Assembly: GCA_963668645.2 (NCBI GenBank)
Contig: CAXXWC010000010.1
Location: 320,001-384,000 of the forward strand
DNA length: 64,000 nucleotides
From: Desulfobacterales bacterium
GTDB taxonomy: Bacteria; Desulfobacterota; Desulfobacteria; Desulfobacterales; UBA2174
Direction of reading: 5' to 3'
The translations under genes and the position numbers were made by a program. This document shows positions 10,959 through 19,143 of this stretch, piece by piece (positions within the stretch are counted from its first letter, which is position 1; every line of letters starts with the position of its first letter). Below the pieces are notes generated by a model, which did not search any database, was not told the origin of the DNA, and worked only from the letters and a program-made list of their open reading frames with translations.

Positions 10959-11022
10959 AAGGGGCAAAAGCCGGAAGGCCTGCCGGAAATCCTTTCGATT
11001 CCCCAACCCAAAGGAGGCACAG

Positions 11023-11214
11023 ATGAAAGCGACCGTGACCAGCCAGTGCATGGGCGACCGCAACTGCAACAAACTCTGCCCGGAGGTTTTCGAGTACGAC
11101 GAGGACGAGCTGCTCTCCAAGGTCAAGTTCGACGTGATTCCGGAAAAATACGAGGCCCTGGTCCAGCAGGCGGCGGATGAATGCGACGCCGATGCCATCG
11201 AAATCGAAGAATAG
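11023..11214 (+). CDS. Monocluster ferredoxin
   Basis: CMGDRNCNKLCP and distal C; acidic 63 aa; RBS GGAGG. Confidence 0.88.
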   Translation: MKATVTSQCMGDRNCNKLCPEVFEYDEDELLSKVKFDVIPEKYEALVQQAADECDADAIEIEE

Positions 11215-11224
11215 GAGGCCGCCG

Positions 11225-11800
11225 GTGGGAAAATTCCGAGACAGCCAGACTGCCCGCAACCTGCTCCTTTCCTTTGCCGGTGAGTCCCAGGCCCGCAATC
11301 GCTATACCTACTTCGCCCGCCGGGCCTGCGAGGAGGGATTCATCCAGATCGGGGCCATCTTCGAAGAAACGGCCGATCAGGAGTGCGAGCACGCCCTGCG
11401 CTTTTTCAAGTTTTTCAACGGCGGCGAGTTGGAGATCTGCGGCAGTTTTCCCACCGGCGTGATCCGCGGCACCTGCGAAAACCTGATCGCCGCAGCCGAC
11501 GGGGAGCGCTTCGAACACCAGCAGCTCTATCCTGGATTTGCCAAAATGGCCGAAGACGAAGGATTCGCCCGGGCGGCCGACACCTGGAACGCCATCAGCG
11601 TTTCGGAAAAGCAGCATGAAAAGCGCTACCGGGACCTGGCGGCCAACCTGACGGCCGAGCGGGTCTTTGCCCGCGGGCAGGCCGCGGTGTGGCGCTGCCG
11701 CAACTGCGGCTATCTGTACACGGGCCGCGCGGCTCCGGAAAAATGCCCGGCCTGCGTAAAACCCCAGGGCTGGTTCGAACTGCTGGGTGAAAACTGGTAA
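11225..11800 (+). CDS. rbr: Rubrerythrin
   Basis: FAGESQARNRY, ExxH pairs, C-terminal rubredoxin domain WRCRNCGY..CPAC; GTG start after GGAGG. Confidence 0.95.
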   Translation: MGKFRDSQTARNLLLSFAGESQARNRYTYFARRACEEGFIQIGAIFEETADQECEHALRFFKFFNGGELEICGSFPTGVIRGTCENLIAAADGERFEHQQLYPGFAKMAEDEGFARAADTWNAISVSEKQHEKRYRDLAANLTAERVFARGQAAVWRCRNCGYLYTGRAAPEKCPACVKPQGWFELLGENW

Positions 11801-11807
11801 ATGCGGT

Positions 11808-11990
11808 ATGGACCTCCTGGCGCCACGGCTACGGCGCGCGCACCCCAGCGCACCGGTGATCGTGCTCGGCGGGATCCTTTCGGGCATCGTTACCGTCACC
11901 GAAGCCGCAGCTTTGGCCGTATTCTACGCCCTGTTCGTATCCACCGCGATCAACCGCAAACTCAAGTGGACCGCGATGTCGACAAGGTGA
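11808..11990 (+). pseudogene. Internal fragment of a TRAP transporter large permease (DctM-like)
   Basis: PVIVLGGILSGIVTVTEAAALAVFYAL matches the conserved DctM segment; only ~60 aa present. Confidence 0.65.
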
Positions 11991-12034
11991 GAATAGTGCT
12001 GAGCGGGTGAATGAAAAGCGGAATCTGGAAGCGA

Positions 12035-13399
12035 CTACCGGGCAGCCTTCAGGCGATAGCGCTTCAGGCGACGGTAGAAGGTGGCTTCGCTCATGCCGAG
12101 TAACTGCGCGGCCTTGCGACGGTTGCCGGCACTCTGATCAAGGGCGTTGCGAATGGCTTCCCGTTCATAATCGGAGAGACTTTTTTTGGCAATAGGCCCA
12201 GGGTGCGGCTGGCAGCACATTACGGCGTCAAAAGACTTTAGGTCCACCGGCCGGATTTGTTCTTTGGGAGCCAAGATGGCGGCACAGCGTAAAACGTTTT
12301 CCAGTTCGCGCACATTTCCTGGCCAGTCATGGGCGCAAAGAACTTTCATTGCGGCTTCGGAAACCCGTTTCGGCGGCATTCCCTCGTGCATCAAAAGATC
12401 AAGAAAGTGGGTCACCAAAAGCGGGATATCCCCAACCCGCTCGCGCAACGGTGGCACATGGAGGGTGACGGCACTTAACCGGTAATACAGATCCAGGCGA
12501 AACCGTCCCTCGGCCACTGCCCTGGGTAGATCCTGGTTGGTGGCCGCAATAATGCGAATATCCACATTGATCGTTCTCACGGCACCCACCGGCCGTACCA
12601 TGCGCTCCTGGATGGTGCGTAAGAGTTTGGCCTGCACGCCCAGGGGCAGTTCGCCGGCTTCATCGAAAAACAAAGATCCCTGGTCCGCCGAGCGGATCAA
12701 TCCCGGGGTCGATTGATCCGCCCCGGTAAAGGCGCCTCTGGTGTGACCGAACAGCTCGCTTTCCAGCACCGATTCGCTGATGGCGGCACAGTCCACCGGG
12801 ATAAAGGCATTGGCGCAACGCTTGCTGTGATGATGAACCGCCTTGGCCACCAGTTCCTTACCGGTACCGCTTTCCCCCTGAATCAGGACCGATGTCAGGG
12901 TGGGACCGACCCGCGCGATCAGGTCTTTGAGCTCCAGCATCGCTGGCGATTCGCCCACCAGGTTATCGAAGTGAAACTGCCCTTCAATCGGCCACAATAA
13001 ATCACGGTTTTCCGCTTTGAGGCGCCACAACCGGTAGACTTGGTCGATCTTCTTTTGCAGAATATCCAGCGAGATGGGTTTCTCGAAAAAATCGAGGGCG
13101 CCACCATGAATGGCCTCGACCGCCTCTCTCACACCGCCGTATCCGGTGAGAATGATCACGTTGAGGTCCGGACGGATAGCCAGAGCCTCCTGCAAGACGC
13201 TCATGCCGTCCTTGCCGGGCATATTCAGGTCCAGGAGCACCAGATCGACATCATTTGCATGGATAAAGTCGAGCGCTTGGCAGCCATTTTCGGCCATGTC
13301 CACACGCAAGGGCATCCGCTTGAAATATTGCTGCAAGCTTTTGCGCACATTCGCATCGTCATCGACAATCAGAAGCGTAAAACGGGCATTGATTGGCAT
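12035..13399 (-). CDS. Sigma-54-dependent response regulator (NtrC family)
   Basis: Receiver (VDDD, DLNMP), GESGTGKE, GAFTGA, WPGNVRELEN, Fis HTH; start taken as ATG of MPINARF. Confidence 0.95.
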   Translation of the reverse strand: MPINARFTLLIVDDDANVRKSLQQYFKRMPLRVDMAENGCQALDFIHANDVDLVLLDLNMPGKDGMSVLQEALAIRPDLNVIILTGYGGVREAVEAIHGGALDFFEKPISLDILQKKIDQVYRLWRLKAENRDLLWPIEGQFHFDNLVGESPAMLELKDLIARVGPTLTSVLIQGESGTGKELVAKAVHHHSKRCANAFIPVDCAAISESVLESELFGHTRGAFTGADQSTPGLIRSADQGSLFFDEAGELPLGVQAKLLRTIQERMVRPVGAVRTINVDIRIIAATNQDLPRAVAEGRFRLDLYYRLSAVTLHVPPLRERVGDIPLLVTHFLDLLMHEGMPPKRVSEAAMKVLCAHDWPGNVRELENVLRCAAILAPKEQIRPVDLKSFDAVMCCQPHPGPIAKKSLSDYEREAIRNALDQSAGNRRKAAQLLGMSEATFYRRLKRYRLKAAR

Positions 13400-13445
13400 T
13401 GGTTTGCTTGACCTGTCGGTAGCGCGAGTCGTCAACAATATATCT

Positions 13446-15290
13446 CTATGGCCACACAATTTGGTTGGATTTTGCCCCGGATAAAGCCGCAGAAGCGCGC
13501 TGTGAGATTCGAACGGGAAGATCCGGTATTTTTGTCAGTGCTTTAAAACCAGGCAGAATGCGATCGGCATCCGCGGCCGGTATCAGCTCCTCGGAAGCCG
13601 AGGTTCGATCCAAATCAGCAAACAGGGCTTCGATATTGGGCCGGCCGTCGAGCAGGATTTTCATGTAGTCGGGGTTGGACAGATTTTTCACCAACGGGGT
13701 ATCGGCCAGCATGGTTTGCAACGCGCGGTGCATGCGATTATCGCCGGTACGGCGGCGATGATCCCGGCGCAAGCTGCGAAAGAACTGTTCCAGGATGTTG
13801 TTGGTCCGCTGGGGATAAACCACCTGCGGCCCCGAAGGGGTCTGCACGTCAATCGGGTCGGCAAACAGTTTGTCGTGATACTTGTCGATCTGTTCGGCCA
13901 GTTTGCGGCACAGCGGATCGGCTGCCAGCTTTGCTTCGGCATCGAGACGGTGACGGAATTGGCCAACGCTCTGGCGGATACTTTCCATCGCGGGTGCGGC
14001 ACCATCATCGTTGAGGCCGTCTCGGCCTCCGGAAGGTGCGATGCGCATGGCTTGGCGAAGCTGATCAAAGAGCCGGCAACGCCAGCGTAACGAGTCGAGG
14101 CTTTTTTCGAAGACCGGATCGGCGACGACATCCATCACCTTTCGTGCCAGGTGGACAAACAAGCGGCTGCCGGCCACGTTGTCGCCGGGAAGTGTCTGTA
14201 GCAGGCGCGGCAGGCAATCGAGCAGGATCATAAGCCGTTCGGCCAGTACCAGCAAGGGGCGATCGAAAGGAAAGCCGTAGCCATCGCCGCAGTGTTTGGC
14301 CTGCAAGCTCCACAGCGATAGTGCATAGACCGCCGCAGGGGTCGTGAGACTCAAATCGGCAGCCGTTTGGGTGCCCGCCAGATACATCGCCAGGGCGTTC
14401 GGCTCGGCCAGTAACCGACGGGCGTGGCGGGCCAACGCACGGAACCGGGTGCTGAACGCATGGCGACGCAGGCAGCCACGAAGCTCGCGGTAGGCCGGCT
14501 CGATCAGGTCTTTGCCCGCATCGCGCAAGAAATGAAAGTGGCAGACAAAGTCTTTGCTTGTGGGGAACACGGCCCCGACCGCCTTGCAGATGCCTGTGCC
14601 CATGTCATGCACACAGGCGATCGGATCGCCATAGTCGTCTTTGATCTTTTCCAAAAACGGGATGATCTGAGCGGCGTGTTCACTGGGCACCTTGACATTG
14701 GCCAACACCAGGCGGCTCAGAGCGTCGATGCCTGACATCAGAGCGGGCGCATCTTCTTGATGCACGGCATCCAGATGCAGGATATAGCCGCCGCTTCTGG
14801 CCATGGCCTGCTTGATGCGCGGGGTGGCGCGCCGATGGGCCAGAGCCAGCAAGAGGATAAACTTGCGGCCGAGTTTGGTGATTTGAGAATCGGACAGCAC
14901 CACATCGCGGGCCAGCAGCTCGTTGCGAACCTGCCCGACACTGTGGCAGTCCTCGAACAGGCGACGGCCGACAAAGACCAGCACGTCCCAAGCGGTATTG
15001 CAACGATGCGCCACCCGCTGACGCAGGGCCGGATCTTCCCAGACACGGCCACAACGGGTACAGCGTTGCACGGTCCGGCGGGCGATATAGGTGACCGAAA
15101 GACTGACCACGCGCTTGGTTTGTGTCTTTTGGACTTTCAAGGCACCGCCGCAGGAGCACTGCCGGTGCGGGTAGCGAAAATCGACCACCGGCGGCTGCGC
15201 GAACAACGCCGACGGGCGCACCTCCTGGTGCAGTTGTTCGTTGAGGCGGCTCAGGAGGCCGATGGCCGCAACGGCAGCATTTTTTTTAAA
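13446..15290 (-). CDS. Transposase (ORF2), probably reached by -1 frameshift from ORF1
   Basis: Zn ribbon CSCG..CTRC, ILHLD, HDMGTG, CHFHFLRD, RTNNILEQFF; no clear independent start. Confidence 0.75.
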   Translation of the reverse strand, partial: FKKNAAVAAIGLLSRLNEQLHQEVRPSALFAQPPVVDFRYPHRQCSCGGALKVQKTQTKRVVSLSVTYIARRTVQRCTRCGRVWEDPALRQRVAHRCNTAWDVLVFVGRRLFEDCHSVGQVRNELLARDVVLSDSQITKLGRKFILLLALAHRRATPRIKQAMARSGGYILHLDAVHQEDAPALMSGIDALSRLVLANVKVPSEHAAQIIPFLEKIKDDYGDPIACVHDMGTGICKAVGAVFPTSKDFVCHFHFLRDAGKDLIEPAYRELRGCLRRHAFSTRFRALARHARRLLAEPNALAMYLAGTQTAADLSLTTPAAVYALSLWSLQAKHCGDGYGFPFDRPLLVLAERLMILLDCLPRLLQTLPGDNVAGSRLFVHLARKVMDVVADPVFEKSLDSLRWRCRLFDQLRQAMRIAPSGGRDGLNDDGAAPAMESIRQSVGQFRHRLDAEAKLAADPLCRKLAEQIDKYHDKLFADPIDVQTPSGPQVVYPQRTNNILEQFFRSLRRDHRRRTGDNRMHRALQTMLADTPLVKNLSNPDYMKILLDGRPNIEALFADLDRTSASEELIPAADADRILPGFKALTKIPDLPVRISQRASAALSGAKSNQIVWP

Positions 15291-15910
15291 CCGTGCTGCG
15301 CAAACAGCGCCCGGATCTGGTCGGCCTTGATGCGCACGGCGGCCCGGGCCGACACCCGGCGGGCCAACTCGGCCGGCTCGGCTGACGGCTTGCGGATGAA
15401 TTCGGCCAGCACCATCACTGCAATCTCGGCTGGCAGCACCGCCGCCACGGGCGCTTCCAGGACACGACGTTGCGCCTCGGCGGTCCTGGCATTGCTGGCC
15501 AGGTAAACGTTCGCGCGTCCCTGGCGCTGGCGCTGGACAAGACCGCGGCGGTACAACCCGACCAGAACCGAATGACAACGGCAGCGCAACTTTTGGCCGA
15601 GCGCTTCGGCGCTCATCCCTGCCAGACTGGCATCGATCAGGGCCACCAGCGTACGGGTCAGACTGCCGGCCCGGGAAAAGCCGATGTCGTGGTAAAACCA
15701 CAGTCCTTCGCGCGAAAAGCGAGGAATCGAACGCAGGGTATACCATCGTCCGTTGTGCGTAAAACTGCTGTAGTAGCCGTTCTGGGCCAGAAATCGCCGG
15801 GTTGATGGAATCGAGTAGTCCATCTGTTGGCTCAGCGGCCCGATCATCCAGCATGGATGCTGCTTGAACAGGACCGCGAGACGCTGGGAAACCTCGGTCG
15901 AACCATCCAT
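15251..15910 (-). CDS. IS ORF1, putative DNA-binding protein
   Basis: 219 aa with RBS GGAGG; ends across an A8 run overlapping the transposase frame. Confidence 0.65.
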   Translation of the reverse strand: MDGSTEVSQRLAVLFKQHPCWMIGPLSQQMDYSIPSTRRFLAQNGYYSSFTHNGRWYTLRSIPRFSREGLWFYHDIGFSRAGSLTRTLVALIDASLAGMSAEALGQKLRCRCHSVLVGLYRRGLVQRQRQGRANVYLASNARTAEAQRRVLEAPVAAVLPAEIAVMVLAEFIRKPSAEPAELARRVSARAAVRIKADQIRALFAQHGLKKMLPLRPSAS

Positions 15911-16374
15911 ATCGCCCTCCCGATAAAGTATTGCAGGTTATCGCCGCAACCGGGCATATATGCAATACATTATCAAGAAATGGACGATTTGACAAGAACG
16001 AAAAAGAGGATAGCCATCTATCGTAAATGACAATCATTACATGTGTTTTCTATGAGTTAGACGCAAAGCCGACACCCCGGAAAACGAAAGCACAGGCTCC
16101 TTGAGAATCGCAAAATATGATCAAGTATGGCAAAAATAATCGGATAACATACTGATTTTACAGAATCCAACCGTTTTGTGGTTCCATAGATATATCTATA
16201 GAGGTTAATAGCCAGAGATTTATTAGAATTTCCAAAAGTCATATCCGATATCACTTTTTCGCTCAGCGAGAAATACAAATACTGACACTCTCTTAAAAAG
16301 TCTTGGTTCGGATCAAGCTGCGTTAACAGTATATGACACGTAATGTGGGCTTCTTGGCGGACCGACAGACGATC

Positions 16375-16595
16375 GAAGCTGAAAGCCGCTCAGGCTGCCC
16401 GATTCACGTTTCTCAACCCCCATGGCAGGGCTGATCACCTCGACACCCAACTCGGCGGCCTGCTGGCAGTTGTCATCCGAACCGTAAAGGGAATCGGCCT
16501 GCACCTGTTCGGGCGCCAGACCCGTTTCCAGGGTTTTCTGGATGGCGGGCAACAGAGCCTTCGCATTGCTGCGGCAAGCCGGTTCCACCTCGAAT
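16375..16595 (-). pseudogene. Transposase fragment (IS1182/IS5-like DDE)
   Basis: EVEPAC..AKALLPAI and ADSLYGSDDN segment; truncated at both ends. Confidence 0.6.
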
Positions 16596-16760
16596 TGAAA
16601 TCCGTCCAACAGGTGTGTCAATTTGAGAGACTCGGCAGAAAGCTCTTTCATCCTGACAGACAAAGAATGACGTCCGACTTCCATCACCACCAAGGCTTGC
16701 AATACGCCAACCAGCGACAAAAACAAGCAATCGAAAAGATCAAATCCATTGTGGCGGCAA

Positions 16761-16776
16761 TGGCACCGAGCTTGCA
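16761..16776 (+). promoter_or_regulatory. Sigma-54 (-24/-12) promoter of the pilus operon
   Basis: TGGCAC-CGAGC-TTGCA, an exact match to TGGCAC-N5-TTGCA, 180 bp upstream of the first pilin. Confidence 0.8.
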
Positions 16777-16955
16777 GACTTCATCCCAAACCTCGACAGC
16801 TGAATGTCGCGCAATCGGTTCGTAGGCCCCGGGCGAAGGGAGGTGATGGATGGACAGGGTAGGCTTCCGTGGGCGCCGGTTTTCAGCCGCAGGATGATTC
16901 TCGTCAGCGCTTTTGAATCTCATCAGATGAAACAACGAAAAAAGGAGAGTTCGTC

Positions 16956-17558
16956 ATGAAAAACATAATTAAAATTATCGCCATTGCCGCCTCGTCCCTG
17001 CTGATCGCCACCGCCGCCTGGGCCGAGCAGGCCAGCGACACGGTCGATGCCACCGCAGGCCTCCAGCCGGCCCTGGAACTGAGCTGCACCGACGTCTCGT
17101 TCGGCGTCTGGCGGGTGCCCCTGCGCGACTCGGGCGGCACGACCACCATCACCCTCGATCGCGACAACGACACGGTAACGCCGGGCGGCAATACCACCCG
17201 GGTGGCTCAATCGACGTCCGATGTCTCCTGGTCCCACAGCCGCGGCGTTTGTACTCTTTCCGGTTCGACGGCGGCGGATGACACGTCGGCCACCATCTCG
17301 ATCCAGGACAGCACCGACATGGCCTTTGGAGCCGCCGACTCCACCGCCACCGGCTATACCGGCCTGGACGCGGCCACCGCAGCCGCCACCCTGACGGCCA
17401 CTCTCAATGCGCCGGAAAGCGCCACGATCACTTCGGGAGCGGCCACCTTCTACGTCGGCGGCCTGCTGACCATTCCCCAAACCATCGTCGCGGACAACTA
17501 CGGCGGCTACAAGACCAGCACCTCGGCGACCGTCAGCGCCGACGACGGTGTGGAGTAA
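16956..17558 (+). CDS. Putative major pilin-like subunit (DUF4402/CU-pilin-like)
   Basis: Sec signal, Thr/Ala/Ser-rich beta protein, alternating N-terminal strand, two Cys, SFG and YGGY motifs; strong RBS. Confidence 0.7.
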   Translation: MKNIIKIIAIAASSLLIATAAWAEQASDTVDATAGLQPALELSCTDVSFGVWRVPLRDSGGTTTITLDRDNDTVTPGGNTTRVAQSTSDVSWSHSRGVCTLSGSTAADDTSATISIQDSTDMAFGAADSTATGYTGLDAATAAATLTATLNAPESATITSGAATFYVGGLLTIPQTIVADNYGGYKTSTSATVSADDGVE

Positions 17559-17591
17559 CACCCGGCCTGACCGGTGCCGCTGCGCTGGTGT

Positions 17592-17628
17592 GAGCCTACC
17601 GGGCCCGACAGGCCCGTCCGGTAGGCTC
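17592..17628 (+). terminator. Intercistronic stem-loop after the major subunit gene
   Basis: GAGCCTACCGG...CCGGTAGGCTC 11-bp stem, no U-tract. Confidence 0.55.
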
Positions 17629-17676
17629 CGCCAGCCTCCGGCCCGCCTGAAGGACACCTGACGAGGAACACCACCG

Positions 17677-18282
17677 ATGAAGCCGTCTTGCCGTATCCTA
17701 ATGTTTGGCCTGTTGGTTGGGTTGTGCTGCCCGGCGCCCCTGGGATGGGCCGAAAGCGGCACCGACCGCGACGTTAACGCCACGGTCGGCATTCATCCCA
17801 TGATCGAACTCACCTGCACTTCGGTCAATCTGGGGGTCTGGCGGGTGCCGCCCCGCGAGACCGGCGGCCAAACGCGCATCATGCTCGATATCGACTATCC
17901 CGAACTCGGCCCCAAGATTTCGCTGAACACCCAGGTCGCCCAGGCCAGCGCCCATGCCGACTGGGAACCACAGTTCGGTACCTGCACCCTGACCCAGTCC
18001 CGTGCCCTGGACGAATCCAGCGCCGTGGTCACCATCAGCGGCAACCGTTTGCTGGCCGTGACCCCGGATGGCGAGGCCTACACCGGCATCGAGCCGGGCC
18101 GCAGCGGCTACGGAATCCGGGTCGACGTCTACGCGCCGACCCTGGTCAAGATCCAGAACGGCACCGCCACCTTCAAGGTCGGCGGCGGCATGACCATTCC
18201 GCAGCGGGTCCGCGAAACCGACTATGGGGGTTACCGCACCGTTTCGCAGGCGGTGATTTCGGTTGACGACCGCATGCGCTGA
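17677..18282 (+). CDS. Second pilin-like subunit, paralog of 16956-17558
   Basis: Shares EL.CT.V..GVWRVP, G.CTL, ATF.VGG..TIPQ and YGGY.T with the first subunit. Confidence 0.72.
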   Translation: MKPSCRILMFGLLVGLCCPAPLGWAESGTDRDVNATVGIHPMIELTCTSVNLGVWRVPPRETGGQTRIMLDIDYPELGPKISLNTQVAQASAHADWEPQFGTCTLTQSRALDESSAVVTISGNRLLAVTPDGEAYTGIEPGRSGYGIRVDVYAPTLVKIQNGTATFKVGGGMTIPQRVRETDYGGYRTVSQAVISVDDRMR

Positions 18283-18291
18283 AGAAATTAC

Positions 18292-19143
18292 ATGTACACG
18301 CACAATTGCAATCAGACACCTCAACGTACGGCGGCGGACCACACGCCGCGACGCACCTGTTTGGCGGCCGCGCTTTTCGTCCTGCTGTCGGCCGGCTGGT
18401 TCGCCGCCCCTTGCGATGCCGACGCGGATGTCTCCGTCGCCATTTCCGACAATGTGGTGATCCTCGACAGCCGCAGCCGCTCGGGGGTGATCGAACTGGT
18501 CAACCTCGGCGACGAGCCCACCGAGTTCCGGCTCAGTGTCGACGAGTCGCTGGTCGGCACGCCCACCGACGCCTCGACCATGCTGCGCTGGGCTCCCCGG
18601 CGGGCCCTGGTGCCGGCCCACCAGACCCGGCCGGTGCGCATCGCCGCCCGGCCGACCCTGCAATTGCCGCCCGGTGAATACGTTTTTAGGGTCGGGGTGA
18701 CCGCCGAGGTGAAGCCGGTGGCCCGAAAGCGCCGGGCCGGCAACTCCGGTGAAATCGAGGTGCCCCCCGACGCCATCGCCGTGACCATCCCCATCGTGCC
18801 GACCCTGCCGGTGACCGTTTATCTGCGCCACGAGATCCCCCCCCCGATGATCGACATCCAGCCGCTGGTGCTCACCCCAGACGACGAGAGGGTCATGGGC
18901 TACTTTCCGGTGCACAAACGCAATCCGGAATACAGCTTTGTCGGCCAAGTGCAGGTGGTGGAGGCAGCCTCAGGCAAACTGATCAACAGCGGCCGGCTGC
19001 ATCTCAAACCGGGCAATCCCGGTAGCCGGGTGAACATGCCCCGGGCCAAAGTCCCCCTCAAGGCGGGTTCCCGTTACTGCGTGCTGGTGTGGGACCATTT
19101 TCCTGGCGAAGGAGAGCCAACGGCTTTATCTTGTGGACAGTAG
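18292..19143 (+). CDS. Periplasmic pilus assembly chaperone (PapD/EcpB-like)
   Basis: Signal peptide; IELVNLG, LRWAPRRALVP..TRPVRI, LPPGEY, C-terminal-side PVTVYLR. Confidence 0.8.
   Translation: MYTHNCNQTPQRTAADHTPRRTCLAAALFVLLSAGWFAAPCDADADVSVAISDNVVILDSRSRSGVIELVNLGDEPTEFRLSVDESLVGTPTDASTMLRWAPRRALVPAHQTRPVRIAARPTLQLPPGEYVFRVGVTAEVKPVARKRRAGNSGEIEVPPDAIAVTIPIVPTLPVTVYLRHEIPPPMIDIQPLVLTPDDERVMGYFPVHKRNPEYSFVGQVQVVEAASGKLINSGRLHLKPGNPGSRVNMPRAKVPLKAGSRYCVLVWDHFPGEGEPTALSCGQ

Larger units (their letters stand above)
13414..16074 (-). mobile_element. Unclassified two-ORF insertion sequence (Mutator/IS256-like CxxH motif)
   Basis: Short imperfect terminal repeats TGTCGG-N4-GCG at both ends; ORF1 plus a transposase; target duplication not clear. 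Confidence 0.65.

Noticed and set aside
7622..11198. Long antisense ORFs (7622-9463 +, 9504-11198 -) and similar shadows elsewhere
   Set aside because: They mirror well-supported genes on the opposite strand in GC-rich DNA and have no motifs.
13446..16037. 863-aa single transposase ORF from the track
   Set aside because: The first ~250 aa are an alternative frame over ORF1 and look non-coding; an ORF1/ORF2 frameshift model fits better.
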